This document shows, one piece after another, positions 48,145-57,800 of a DNA stretch of 64,000 nt. The translations under genes and the position numbers were made by a program. The stretch lies in NCBI GenBank assembly GCA_965213705.1, contig OZ243913.1:384001-448000 (forward strand), read 5' to 3'. The notes below the pieces were generated by a model. The model made no database searches, was not told the origin of the DNA, and was given only the letters and a program-made list of their open reading frames with translations. The DNA comes from Trueperaceae bacterium (lineage in GTDB: Bacteria > Deinococcota > Deinococci > Deinococcales > Trueperaceae). Positions within the stretch are counted from its first letter, which is position 1. Every line of letters starts with the position of its first letter.

Positions 48145-49050
48145 TCAGCCACAGCGCACCTCCAGGTCGCCCGCGCTGACCGACACCTCGAGGCTTGCCT
48201 CGCCCCCACCGACTTGCCCGACCAGACTGCTGCCCATACCGATTCGCCGAACGGACAAGGGGGCGTCGGCGGCCACGTCGCCCATACTTATCCCGCCGGT
48301 CACGCGCACGCTCGAGCCCTCCAGCAGGGTGATGTTCAGGTCGCCTGCGGACAGTTTGACGCGGTGCTCGCCCTTCGTCAGACGCACGCTTGCGTTTACG
48401 TCGCCGGCACTTAAGCCGAGGTCGACGCCGCCCACGTCCTGCACGTTCAGGTCGCCTGCCAACAACCTGGCCTTGACAAAGGGTGCGCCGCTTACCCGAA
48501 CGTCCCCCGCCTTGCTGTCCACGACGACGCCGAACCCCGCCGGAATCCTGATTTTCAGGTCGCCCATGCGCTCAAAAAGACCGCCGACAAACTCGCTGAC
48601 CCCGTCGACGAGGCCGTCCAACCCCTCACGACGTGGCACCTTGTCTTTTTTGCGCTTGAGGGGTCGAATGACGAAGTCGTCGCCGTCTCGTTTGACTTCA
48701 AACTGTGCGGCCTCACCGTCGACTTCCGGCTCGCTGAGGGCGGGGTCTACGCAAATGTTCAAGTCGCCCGTGAGCATACTGGCGCGGACCCAGCGCAAAC
48801 CCTGGGGCAAATCGTCTTTTTTTTGGGCTCGAGCCAGTGCGGCTCGGGCGACGTCTCTCGCTTCCTGAACCACTTCCGCACGAGGGCTTTCGCGCTCAGC
48901 CTCGCGCTCAGCCTCGCCCGTTTCTTCAATTTCCGAATTTTTCAAAGCACTAAGGAGCCGCGTGGCCTCCTCCTGCGTGATTTTCCCCTTGGCAACCAAG
49001 GCCTGAATGCGTTCCTGGTCGGTCTTGCCGCCGGTCGTGTCGTCTGCCAT
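48145..49050 (-). CDS. SHOCT-like plus DUF4097 (Toastrack) beta-strand-repeat protein
   Basis: GKITQEEA..LL and repeated (S/L)AGD(V/L) strands. Confidence 0.75.
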   Translation of the reverse strand: MADDTTGGKTDQERIQALVAKGKITQEEATRLLSALKNSEIEETGEAEREAERESPRAEVVQEARDVARAALARAQKKDDLPQGLRWVRASMLTGDLNICVDPALSEPEVDGEAAQFEVKRDGDDFVIRPLKRKKDKVPRREGLDGLVDGVSEFVGGLFERMGDLKIRIPAGFGVVVDSKAGDVRVSGAPFVKARLLAGDLNVQDVGGVDLGLSAGDVNASVRLTKGEHRVKLSAGDLNITLLEGSSVRVTGGISMGDVAADAPLSVRRIGMGSSLVGQVGGGEASLEVSVSAGDLEVRCG

Positions 49051-49051
49051 G

Positions 49052-49243
49052 TCAAAAGGTCCTTTCAAACGTGAAGTCCTGTGCGGCTTCGGGCTCGAGG
49101 TGTGCGGCCAGCGCCCTCAGCAAAGACGCGAAGTGGTGGCGCAAACTACCTCTTCGAACTTGGCTGCGCCACGCCGCCTCACGTTCGTACCGCTCTACTT
49201 TTGCCCGACCCACCCTTAAAAGCTCGTAGGGATGTTCGTTCAC
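49052..49243 (-). CDS. Small hypothetical protein, first gene of the operon
   Basis: AAGGAGG RBS before GTG, 63 aa, stop adjacent to the next start. Confidence 0.55.
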   Translation of the reverse strand: MNEHPYELLRVGRAKVERYEREAAWRSQVRRGSLRHHFASLLRALAAHLEPEAAQDFTFERTF

Positions 49244-49263
49244 GGCCCTGCCTCCTTGAGGGC

Positions 49264-49304
49264 AGTGTAGATGGTTTTTTATGCATTGTCAACTATTTTT
49301 TACA
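49264..49304 (-). promoter_or_regulatory. Consensus SigA promoter with overlapping imperfect palindrome
   Basis: Minus strand TTGACA (49292-87), 17 nt, TACACT (49269-64). TGTCAA-N6-TTTACA (49287-49304). AT-rich upstream tract. Confidence 0.8.
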
Positions 49305-49330
49305 TTATAACAACTTGAATAACTTTATAA

Positions 49331-50161
49331 TTACAAAAGTTTAGTCTGTTTTTCTAAAAGATAAGCCTGGTCCAGAAACCGAGTAACGGTGTAGCCGTTG
49401 TCAAGATAGGTTGTTAGAACATCTCGAGCCGCCATACGCCACGCCAAAGCTGTTTCAGGGTTGTGGTGCAGGTAGTGGGTGAAGTTGTCGGGAATCTCGG
49501 CGCGCAAGCGTGGCTCGGTACGGGTCTTGTCGGGCGCGCCGGGCAGGCCGCCGTTGTTGCTGAGGACGAGGGGCAGCGCCTCGAGGTCGGCAACCGACAC
49601 CGAGTCCGAGGGCGGTGAACCTTGCGCTAGTCGTGAGGGTCTGGTGCCGGCGAGGTCCCAAAAGGCCAGCAGTCGGTCGGTCGGCAGCGTGCCGGCCAGG
49701 GCACCTCCTAGAGTGCCGTACTCGTCGACGCGGTAGGTTTTAGCGACCGCGCCCAAGTGCTCGAGGTTCAGCCGGGCGTTCTTCGCTTGCAAAGGGTCGA
49801 AGGTCCAAGTCATCCACGGCAGACCTTGTGCCAGACACCAGTCACGCTGAAACCACTTGAGCGCTTTGCCTAGGCCCCGACCTTGGTACTCAGGCAACAC
49901 TGCCAACAAATGTGAGTGTAAACCGGTTGGGTGAAACTGCCGCGGTTGGTGGGACGGAAACCCAAAAACGAACCCCGACAGGTCCTCGCCCGACGTTCCT
50001 TTCTCAGGACCGTCGTTGAAAGCGCCCGCAGCCATGCCCCCGGCGTGGCACAACGCCACCATGTCCGTAGCGTGGAGGACGGTTTCGGAACCCCAAACCC
50101 TCTTTTGCAAAACTGCGCATTTTTTTAGGTCTTGAACCTCCGTCAAAAGTCTTATAGCCAT
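49331..50161 (-). CDS. GNAT acyltransferase (COG3375-like)
   Basis: LQ..VWG, LHSHLLAV, G.G..LK..QR, WTFDPL...NA.LN...LG and PTDRL motifs. TAGACT 7 nt before ATG 50161. Confidence 0.85.
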   Translation of the reverse strand: MAIRLLTEVQDLKKCAVLQKRVWGSETVLHATDMVALCHAGGMAAGAFNDGPEKGTSGEDLSGFVFGFPSHQPRQFHPTGLHSHLLAVLPEYQGRGLGKALKWFQRDWCLAQGLPWMTWTFDPLQAKNARLNLEHLGAVAKTYRVDEYGTLGGALAGTLPTDRLLAFWDLAGTRPSRLAQGSPPSDSVSVADLEALPLVLSNNGGLPGAPDKTRTEPRLRAEIPDNFTHYLHHNPETALAWRMAARDVLTTYLDNGYTVTRFLDQAYLLEKQTKLL

Positions 50162-50351
50162 AAACGTCAGTCTACAGTCAAGCGAACCCCCAACCGTCCT
50201 AGTTCTTTGTTCAACCCTGAGGTTCTGTCCGATTTCCTTTGTGACCTGAAACCAAATCTTGATGGCGGTTATCTCGTTTACTTGGAGAAAGGTTTGTACA
50301 ATGTGTGTGCAAACCTTGTGTAAGCTAAGCACAAGAAAGGGAAAGGTAAAA

Positions 50352-50861
50352 ATGAAAAAGATTTTAGCGCTTTTGGGAGCATTGTTAGTTATGGGTATGG
50401 TCATGGCACAAGACGCCATGCCCGCCACCGTCGTGGATGTTGCGGCGGGCAACGAGGACTTCTCGACGCTCGTTGCGGCAGTTGAGCAAGCAGGTTTGGT
50501 AGAGACACTGTCCGGTGAGGGTCCATTTACCGTCTTCGCCCCGACGAACGAGGCTTTTACCGCAGCGCTCGAGATGATGGGCATGACGGCCGACGAACTG
50601 TTGGCTAGCGAAGACCTGAGCAGCATCTTGACCTACCACGTAGTCGCCGGTAAGTTGTTGGCCGCCGACGTTCTTGCCGCGGTCGAAGCAGGTGGCGGTA
50701 CCGCCGAAGTAGAAACGGTAAACGGCGCACCCATCACTGTCGAGGTTGTCGACGGCAACGTCGTCATAAACGGCACGGCCACGGTGACCATGACGGACTT
50801 AGAAGCTGGCAACGGCGTGGTTCACGTGATCGACGCTGTCCTTACGCCCCCTATGGAGTAA
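50352..50861 (+). CDS. Secreted fasciclin (FAS1) domain protein
   Basis: Signal peptide, FSTLV.A, GPFTVFAPTNEAF, ILTYHVV and NGVVHVID.VL motifs. Confidence 0.95.
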   Translation: MKKILALLGALLVMGMVMAQDAMPATVVDVAAGNEDFSTLVAAVEQAGLVETLSGEGPFTVFAPTNEAFTAALEMMGMTADELLASEDLSSILTYHVVAGKLLAADVLAAVEAGGGTAEVETVNGAPITVEVVDGNVVINGTATVTMTDLEAGNGVVHVIDAVLTPPME

Positions 50862-50882
50862 CACTTCTCAAGCAAAAGTCAT

Positions 50883-50915
50883 ACAAAGAAGCCGCCATGA
50901 TGGCGGCTTCTTTGT
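50883..50915 (+). terminator. Intrinsic terminator (potentially bidirectional)
   Basis: ACAAAGAAGCCGCCAT-G-ATGGCGGCTTCTTTGT. Confidence 0.85.
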
Positions 50916-50956
50916 GCAACTCCACAACCGGCCCAGAAATGGGATAGTCTCTTGGG

Positions 50957-51859
50957 GTGGAAGCGCTAGGAGTTGCCTTAAACGCCATTTTACCCACCTT
51001 TTTCCTCATTGCCTTGGGAGGTTTTGCAGACAAGCTGTTTCCGGACTTACACATGGAAACGTTGGCCCGACTCAGCGTTCAGGTGCTCATCCCCGCCCTT
51101 ATTTTCAACGCGTTGGTCAGCACCGACCTCACGCTCGGTTCCGCGCTCCGTTTGAGTGGGGCTTATCTTTTGTATTTAGTGGGTTTAGCCGCTGTCGTGG
51201 TGTTGGGCTCGAGAAAGCTGCACCGTCAGCAGGTCATGGGCGTCATGGTTACCACCCTCTTCGGAAACACAGGCAACATGGGCTTGCCGATAACCCTGTT
51301 CGCCTACGGACAAGCGGGGTTCGAACGTGCCGTTGTGCTGCTGGTCGTGTCACTCACCGCCATGTTTATAGCGGGACCTACCTTGTTGGCCGGAGACACG
51401 GGCAGACTCGGGGTGCGCTTTAGAGAAGCCTTCAAGCTCCCCCCTATCTGGGCAACCCTGGCGGGGCTGTTGGTCAATGTCTTTTCTTTTGAGTTGCCCT
51501 TGAGCGCGACGCGGGGGGTGTCCCTGCTGGCCGGCGCAGCTATTCCCATCATGTTGCTGTCGTTGGGAATTCAGATGCGCCGCAGTTGGGTCTGGGAAGT
51601 CGGGCCGGCCGCCCTCAGGACGACCGCTTTTCGCTTGGGGCTGGGACCTTTTATCGCGTACGGCGCTGCGAAGATGTTGGGGCTCGAGCCGCTCGACCTG
51701 AAAGTGTTGGTGCTGAGCGCCGCCATGCCGGCTGCCGTGACGATGTTTGTCGTTGCCGTAGAGTTGAAGGGGGACTACAGGGGGGTCGCGCGCTCGGTCG
51801 TGGCGACGACGGTGGGTTCTCTTGCGGCTATCACCGCCGTGCTGTTCTTTTTTCCTTAG
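50957..51859 (+). CDS. AEC-family (auxin efflux carrier-like) transporter
   Basis: PALIF, NTGNMGLP, IP.MLLSLG and AMPAA motifs. Confidence 0.9.
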   Translation: MEALGVALNAILPTFFLIALGGFADKLFPDLHMETLARLSVQVLIPALIFNALVSTDLTLGSALRLSGAYLLYLVGLAAVVVLGSRKLHRQQVMGVMVTTLFGNTGNMGLPITLFAYGQAGFERAVVLLVVSLTAMFIAGPTLLAGDTGRLGVRFREAFKLPPIWATLAGLLVNVFSFELPLSATRGVSLLAGAAIPIMLLSLGIQMRRSWVWEVGPAALRTTAFRLGLGPFIAYGAAKMLGLEPLDLKVLVLSAAMPAAVTMFVVAVELKGDYRGVARSVVATTVGSLAAITAVLFFFP

Positions 51860-52064
51860 CTACCGCAGCAGGGTCGCCCGAATATCTGGACGAGCGCCGA
51901 CAACACGTCCGGCGCAGCCGCGCTGGTTTTTCGCTGTTGGTGAAACCTGTTTTCCCCGGCCACTAGAGCGCGCCATCCACAAAAGCTCGACGCCCGGTTG
52001 TTGCAACCGTTTGCGTTTCCGGGCTGCTTGCTCGAGATACCTCTCGCGCAAGCCAAACGAATTC

Positions 52065-52541
52065 CTACTCTCGGCAGCTCGGACAAAGCCCATAGAAGTT
52101 GAGGTTGGGCTCGTCAACACGCCAACCCGAGTGCGTTTCTATCCGACCTCTGTAGAACTTCGCCGCCTCTTCTGTTGCAAACCCACCTGGTAAATCGGTT
52201 ACGACGCCGCAACCCTTGCAAATAAGGTGATAATGAAGTGAGTTGTTGCTGTCGTAAAGAGCTTCACCACCTCTACCCCGAAATTCGCGGATGGCTCCGG
52301 CTTGCTTCAGGGCACCCAGGTTCAGGTACACGGTCGACAAGCTAAAGCTGTGACCCCGAGCTTGTAGGGCCCGGTAAAGGTCCTCGGCGGTTACGTGTTT
52401 CGCGCCCTCGCGAAAGTAGGTGAGCATGGCGCCGCGCGGACGGCTGTAACGCAGGCCGTACTCACTCAGCAACTCTCGGATATTTGCTTGGTTGGTCGTT
52501 GCCACGATAACTGCCTTACACCTCCACTGACAGTTTACCAC
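52065..52541 (-). CDS. Fur/PerR-family regulator
   Basis: H.TAE, SLSTVY.NL, HYHLICKGCG and GLCPSC motifs. Start uncertain. Confidence 0.9.
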   Translation of the reverse strand: MVNCQWRCKAVIVATTNQANIRELLSEYGLRYSRPRGAMLTYFREGAKHVTAEDLYRALQARGHSFSLSTVYLNLGALKQAGAIREFRGRGGEALYDSNNSLHYHLICKGCGVVTDLPGGFATEEAAKFYRGRIETHSGWRVDEPNLNFYGLCPSCRE

Positions 52542-52572
52542 GAACTAAACGGGGGAAAGGTTTTAACAAACG

Positions 52573-52606
52573 AACAGTCTCGGTTCAAAAAGCCGAGACT
52601 GTTTTT
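52573..52606. terminator. Stem-loop downstream of mdh
   Basis: AACAGTCTCGG...CCGAGACTGTT, 11-bp perfect stem. Confidence 0.7.
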
Positions 52607-52633
52607 AGGTTGGGGCGATTAGGGGAACTCTTC

Positions 52634-53611
52634 TCAAAAAAGGTGCGAAACAGCGTCCCGCTCTTCCAGCAATTCCTGTTCGGTCGCAGTCATTTTTTCG
52701 CATATGAGAGAATTCAGGTCCAGACCTTCGACGACGCTTATCCGTCCCTCTTCGACACGAACGGGAAAAGAGTAAACGAGGTCGGGCGAAACGTTGTAGT
52801 GACCCTCACTCGGGATAGCCATACTTACCCACTCACCCGTGGGCGTACCGCTCACCCAGGTGCGCATGTGGTCGACAGCGGCCGAGGCGGCCGAGGCGGC
52901 CGACGAGGCACCCCTCGCGTCGATGATGGCGGCACCGCGTTTTTGAACGGTGGGAATGAACGTCTCTTCTATCCAGGGGGCGTCCACCATCTCGGGGGCC
53001 GCCCTGTCCCCTACTGTGGCGTGAAAAGGGTCGGGAACTTGCGTGCTCGAGTGGTTGCCCCAGATAATCACGTTTTTTACGTCCCTCACGGGTGTGTTTG
53101 TTTTGGTAGCAAGCTGACTCAAAGCTCGGTTGTGGTCGAGCCTTGTCATGGCGGTGAACTGTGCCGGTTTCAGGTCGGGCGCGTTCTTCAGGGCGATGAG
53201 CGCGTTGGTGTTTGCAGGGTTACCCACGACCAACACTTTGACTGTTTGCGCTGCGTGGTCGTTGAGCGCTCGTCCCTGACTTGTAAAAATGGTTCCGTTG
53301 GCTTCTAACAAGTCCTTCCTTTCCATCCCCGGACCGCGGGGCCGGGAGCCGACCAACAGCGCGTAGTCCACAGAATTGAAGGCTTTGTCGGCCTGGTCGT
53401 AGGCTTCGATAGTTTCGACCAAGTCGAAAGCTCCGTCGTTAAGCTCCATAATGACGCCTTCCAACGCTTTCATGGCCGGCGTAATCTCGAGCAGTTGCAG
53501 AACGACGGGTTGGTCTTTACCGAGCATGTCACCTGCCGCAATCCTGAACAACAGCGAGTACGCTATTTGCCCGGCCGCACCGGTGACGGCAACCTTTACA
53601 GGTTTTTTCAT
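52634..53611 (-). CDS. mdh: Malate dehydrogenase
   Basis: [37 protein letters not shown] and WGNHS motifs. Confidence 0.98.
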   Translation of the reverse strand: MKKPVKVAVTGAAGQIAYSLLFRIAAGDMLGKDQPVVLQLLEITPAMKALEGVIMELNDGAFDLVETIEAYDQADKAFNSVDYALLVGSRPRGPGMERKDLLEANGTIFTSQGRALNDHAAQTVKVLVVGNPANTNALIALKNAPDLKPAQFTAMTRLDHNRALSQLATKTNTPVRDVKNVIIWGNHSSTQVPDPFHATVGDRAAPEMVDAPWIEETFIPTVQKRGAAIIDARGASSAASAASAAVDHMRTWVSGTPTGEWVSMAIPSEGHYNVSPDLVYSFPVRVEEGRISVVEGLDLNSLICEKMTATEQELLEERDAVSHLF

Positions 53612-53652
53612 GGTTCACTCCTTAGAAGCCTCTGTTGTGCAAAAGTCGGAAA

Positions 53653-53668
53653 TGTTTCACGTGAAACA
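53653..53668. other. parS: parS centromere site
   Basis: Perfect TGTTTCACGTGAAACA, abutting the parB stop codon. Confidence 0.95.
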
Positions 53669-54484
53669 TCAGGGTTCATATCCTAAAAGCCCGAGCAGCC
53701 TCGTCAACTCGTCTGCCGAGTGGAAAAATAGCTCAAGCCGACCCTTGTCCTTACCCTTGATCTTTACCTTGGCCCCCACCTGGCGGGTTAAATCCTCTTC
53801 CAGACGTTGGTAGGTACCGGTTTGGGGTTGAGGTACGGGTTGGCTTACCTTGCGTGGCTGGAGCGCTTCGGCCTGTCTCACCGACAACTGTTTCGTCAAA
53901 ATCTCCTTCAGGGCCCAATCGCGGTCGGCTTCAGGTAGCGCCAAAATCGCACGCGCGTGACCCGCCGACACCTCATTTTTCTCCAAAGCGGCAAGAGCCT
54001 CGTCGGGTAGGTTTAACAGTCGTAACGTGTTGGCGACAGCGCTGCGGCTTTTCCCTACCGCCTTGGCAACGGCCTCCTGGTTGAGCCCGAAGCTCATCAA
54101 CTGCTGAAAGGCGCGCGCTTCCTCGACCGCGTTCAAGTCTTCTCGCTGCAGGTTTTCGATGATGGCTATCTCGAGCGTTTCTTGGTCCGTCAGCGTGCGA
54201 ACGACGGCGGGGACCGACACCAAGCCGGCCTGTTTGGCTGCTCGGAAACGTCTTTCGCCTACGACTATCTCGAAACCTTCCGTGACGGGCCGCACCAACA
54301 GCGGTTGAATTACCCCTTTGAGAGCGATTGAAGCCGCGAGTTCGGAAATGGCCTCGGCGTCTATGTGCTTTCTCGGTTGAAACGCCGAAACGTGTAAGGC
54401 GTCGAGGTTTATCTGGCGAACGCCTTCGGACTTGGGTAATAGGGCGTCCAAACCACGTCCTAAACTGCTACGTTTGGCTGACAC
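53669..54484 (-). CDS. parB: Chromosome partitioning protein ParB/Spo0J
   Basis: LGRGLDALL, QPRK, GERRFRA, ENLQREDLN and GKSRSAVANTLRLL motifs. Confidence 0.97.
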   Translation of the reverse strand: MSAKRSSLGRGLDALLPKSEGVRQINLDALHVSAFQPRKHIDAEAISELAASIALKGVIQPLLVRPVTEGFEIVVGERRFRAAKQAGLVSVPAVVRTLTDQETLEIAIIENLQREDLNAVEEARAFQQLMSFGLNQEAVAKAVGKSRSAVANTLRLLNLPDEALAALEKNEVSAGHARAILALPEADRDWALKEILTKQLSVRQAEALQPRKVSQPVPQPQTGTYQRLEEDLTRQVGAKVKIKGKDKGRLELFFHSADELTRLLGLLGYEP

Positions 54485-55226
54485 GCTGCAAAACCTCCTC
54501 TCCCAAAGAGCGGTAGGCCGACGCGCCCTGCGATGTCGGCGCGTAGCTGAAAACGGGTTGTCCATAAGAGGGTGCCTCAGCCAGACGCACGTTGCGAGGA
54601 ATGACCGTCGTAAAAACCAACGCCTTGAAGTGTTCTCTCACGTTGTCTTCGACCTCCTGCGACAAGCGCGTGCGACTATCGAACATAGTCAGTAGGATAC
54701 CCAAAATATTCAGACTGGGGTTCAGCGACGCTTTGACGCGGTTTACCGTGTCCATCATGCCCGCGATACCCTCGAGCGCGTAGTATTCCGTCTGCAGAGG
54801 AATAACGAGTTGGTCTGCAGCCGCCAGCGAGTTGAGTGTCAGCGCCCCTATGGAAGGGGGCGAGTCCACAACTATAAATTCGTAGCTGGGTCTTACGGCT
54901 AGAAGTGCTTTGGAGAGTAACTTGACGCTGTCACTCATGGCGTCCAGCTCGAGGGCTGCAGCTGCCAAGTCAGGTGAAGCGGGCAACACGCTCAGGTTCT
55001 CTGTCGACGTCGGGACAATGGCGCGGCGCGCCGAGGCTTCGCCGACCAGCACGTCGTAGACGGTCTTTTCCGGTCTGACGATGCCGACGCCGCTACTGGC
55101 GTTGGCTTGGGGGTCGAGGTCGACGAGCAGCGTTTTGCGCCGCGCTGCCAAGGCTGCGGCCAGGTTGATAGCCGTCGTTGTTTTGCCTACACCACCCTTT
55201 TGATTTATGACACCTATGATCGGCAA
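54468..55226 (-). CDS. parA: Chromosome partitioning ATPase ParA/Soj
   Basis: NQKGGVGKTT, DLDPQAN, DSPPS, EYYALEG and RNVRLAEAPS motifs. Confidence 0.97.
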   Translation of the reverse strand: MPIIGVINQKGGVGKTTTAINLAAALAARRKTLLVDLDPQANASSGVGIVRPEKTVYDVLVGEASARRAIVPTSTENLSVLPASPDLAAAALELDAMSDSVKLLSKALLAVRPSYEFIVVDSPPSIGALTLNSLAAADQLVIPLQTEYYALEGIAGMMDTVNRVKASLNPSLNILGILLTMFDSRTRLSQEVEDNVREHFKALVFTTVIPRNVRLAEAPSYGQPVFSYAPTSQGASAYRSLGEEVLQRVSQT

Positions 55227-55822
55227 ACCGAGCCTCCCGCGACAACAACTGCGACAAGCGTACCATGCGTTTTTGCGGGGACGGCGACAACCTCAATCAT
55301 CCTGTGACCCAGTCTTGCTTCTAAAGCAGTGACTTCATGACGAAAGTTGTCACCCTTGCGGCTCAAAAGGGTAATTTTTTCTTCGTGAAGGTGACGGGTC
55401 TCGCAGTACAATTTCTCAAACGTCCCGACGGCGAGGGCGGAGACGAGCGCTACTCGTATACCCACGACATCTCGAACGTCTTGAGCATGTACAACGACGT
55501 TTTCAAGACCCAACTGACTTTTGACGAGTCTTAAAAAGGCGGCCCGGCGTTGACGCCGTTCGACGAGGTGAAAACGCCAGCGGGGTTGGGCCAGGGCCAT
55601 CGGGATGGCGGGCAGGCCCCCACCCGAGCCAATGTCGAGGACCGAAGGTGGGTTTGAAGCGGGTCTTTTTGCAAGTCTGACGTAGGACAAGCTCTCGGCG
55701 ATTTTTCTGTCTACGTCCCCAAGAGCTTGGTCAGACATGAGGTCTAATGTCGAGTGGTACTTGTTCAACAAACCCTTATAAGCCGCAAGAGCCTCAGGCA
55801 GCGAATGTTTCACGTGAAACAT
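55214..55822 (-). CDS. rsmG: 16S rRNA m7G527 methyltransferase GidB
   Basis: LDIGSGGGLP and VE...RR..FL motifs, located between mnmG and parA. Confidence 0.9.
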   Translation of the reverse strand: MFHVKHSLPEALAAYKGLLNKYHSTLDLMSDQALGDVDRKIAESLSYVRLAKRPASNPPSVLDIGSGGGLPAIPMALAQPRWRFHLVERRQRRAAFLRLVKSQLGLENVVVHAQDVRDVVGIRVALVSALAVGTFEKLYCETRHLHEEKITLLSRKGDNFRHEVTALEARLGHRMIEVVAVPAKTHGTLVAVVVAGGSVCRS

Positions 55823-57611
55823 CCTTGGCCTTTACGTGAACGAGCAGGGCGGTCAGGTCGCTGTCCCTGACCCCTCGAAGCCGCTGAACCGCACCCAGGG
55901 TTGCGGGTCGCGCCCTGCGGAGGGCCTCTTTGCCCTCGGTGGACAAACTGGCTACTTTGTCGTAGTCAATCTTGTCAAGACTGAGCGTTTCGTAGCTCGA
56001 GCGCAGCTCCAGTTCTTTACGGCTTCGCTCGATGTAGGCTTCGTACTTCACCAAAATCTCGACTTTGGTCTGCTCGGAACTCGTCAGCCCGACCTCGGAA
56101 GGCCCGATGAGGTCGACGACGTCTGCATAAAGCATTTCAGGGCGACACAACAACTTGCTCGCCAAAGTGCCGCCGTGCCTCGTCGCAGCTAAACGCGCTA
56201 TCTCCGTTTGTACTCTGTCTTGACTAGCTAGTACGGTGTTCAGGGCGTCCGTACTTACCAAACCCCACCCGTGACCGACAGGGGAGAGGCGTTCCGCAGC
56301 GTTGTCTTGTCGGTGCAAAAGTCGGTACTCGTTTCTCGAGGTCAACATGCGGTAGGGTTCGTCTATCCCCCACCTTACAAGGTCGTCAATCAACACGCCG
56401 CTGTACCCCTGGTCGCGCCGCAAGGTGACGAGTTCTTGTTTTCCGGCGTGGCGCGCGGCGTTCACCCCAGCTAGCAAACCCTGCAGGGCCGCTTCCTCGT
56501 AACCGCTCGTGCCGTTGATTTGGCCGGCGCTGAACAAACCTGAAACACGTCTGGACATCAGCGTCGGGCTGAGCTGCACGGGGTCGAGTGCGTCGTATTC
56601 CACCGCGTAAGCGTAACGTTGCACGACTGCCCGTTCGAAACCGGGTAGGGTGCGAATCATGTCGTCTTGTAAGTAAGGCGGTAAAGAGCTCGAGAAGCCT
56701 TGCAGGTAAACCTCGCTTGTTTCGACCCCGTCGGGCTCCACAAACAACAAGTGGCGTTCCTTGTCGGCAAAACGCACCACCTTGTCCTCGATCGAAGGAC
56801 AATAACGCGGTCCTTGCCCCTCTATCGCACCGCCGTATATGGCGGAATGCTCGAGGTTTGCCTGGATGAGGGCGTGGGTTGCAGGTGTCGTGTGGGTCAA
56901 CCAAGTGGGACTGCTCGACACATTTTTGCCTGGTTGGCCGGTGAACGACGCGGGCGGGTCGTCTGCGGACACGGTTTGTAAAACGCCGAAGTCGACCGAG
57001 TCTGAACGCACCCTGGGGGGGGTGCCCGTTTTGAAGCGCAGGAGGTTATGGCCGGTGGCGTGCAGACTTTTCGACAGGTGACGCGCCGGCGCTTCGCCCT
57101 GGCGACCCGCCGCTCGTTGCTGCTTGCCGTACCAGACAACGCCCGCCAGAAAAGTACCCGTACACAGGACGACGCTGTCGGCACTCAGTATTCTTCCGTC
57201 AGTCAACGTTGCGCCGACGATGCTTTGCTCGGCGGTCAGTAGGTCCGCGACTTCACCCCTGACGATTTCGATGCCGGGTGTGGTCTCGAGCAAGTTTCTT
57301 GCAGCCGTCGCGTAGGCGTCACGCTCGTTCTGCACCCGCAACGATTGGACGGCCGGCCCCTTGCTGCTGTTGAGCGTGCGGGCGTGGATAGCGGTTTCGT
57401 CAGCGAGGCGGCCCATCACGCCGCCGAGCGCGTGCAACTCGAAAACAAGTTGAGACTTGCCCGGGCCGCCGATGGCCGGGTTGCAGGGCATCAACCCGAT
57501 TTTGGCAGGGTCTGGCAAAACAACAGCTACCCGTTTGCCGAGTCGCGCCGCCGCGTGCGCCGCCTCGACCCCGGCGTGACCCCCACCCACAACAATGACT
57601 TCAAAATTCAT
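55794..57611 (-). CDS. mnmG: tRNA uridine-34 carboxymethylaminomethyl modification enzyme GidA
   Basis: GGGHAG.EAA, CNPAIGG.GK, RFKTGTP, GPRYCPSIEDK, AGQINGTSGYEEAA and EPYRMLTSR motifs. Confidence 0.98.
   Translation of the reverse strand: MNFEVIVVGGGHAGVEAAHAAARLGKRVAVVLPDPAKIGLMPCNPAIGGPGKSQLVFELHALGGVMGRLADETAIHARTLNSSKGPAVQSLRVQNERDAYATAARNLLETTPGIEIVRGEVADLLTAEQSIVGATLTDGRILSADSVVLCTGTFLAGVVWYGKQQRAAGRQGEAPARHLSKSLHATGHNLLRFKTGTPPRVRSDSVDFGVLQTVSADDPPASFTGQPGKNVSSSPTWLTHTTPATHALIQANLEHSAIYGGAIEGQGPRYCPSIEDKVVRFADKERHLLFVEPDGVETSEVYLQGFSSSLPPYLQDDMIRTLPGFERAVVQRYAYAVEYDALDPVQLSPTLMSRRVSGLFSAGQINGTSGYEEAALQGLLAGVNAARHAGKQELVTLRRDQGYSGVLIDDLVRWGIDEPYRMLTSRNEYRLLHRQDNAAERLSPVGHGWGLVSTDALNTVLASQDRVQTEIARLAATRHGGTLASKLLCRPEMLYADVVDLIGPSEVGLTSSEQTKVEILVKYEAYIERSRKELELRSSYETLSLDKIDYDKVASLSTEGKEALRRARPATLGAVQRLRGVRDSDLTALLVHVKAKDVSRETFAA
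55806..55821. other. parS: parS centromere site inside the mnmG/rsmG overlap
   Basis: Perfect TGTTTCACGTGAAACA. Confidence 0.95.
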
Positions 57612-57800
57612 ACAACTCCACCTCAATAATACTCCCCAAGGATATAAACCTGCCTTGGTCCCGGGTTTTGACGGTATCTACAACCGGACCTTCTCACCGA
57701 CTCCCAGTATAGCGCAGGACCCTTGAGAACCTGCGGCACGGGCAAACCATAAGTTTGTTAGACTGCCTTTTTATCCGGGGTGACGGAGGAACTGGCGAGC

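Noticed and set aside
50162..50626. Long N-terminal extension of the GNAT ORF (49331-50626)
   Set aside because: Antisense to the fasciclin gene. The real start is ATG 50161, which has its own -10.
51860..52064. Short ORFs between the AEC transporter and the Fur-family gene
   Set aside because: No RBS, motif or consistent codon bias. Possibly decayed sequence.
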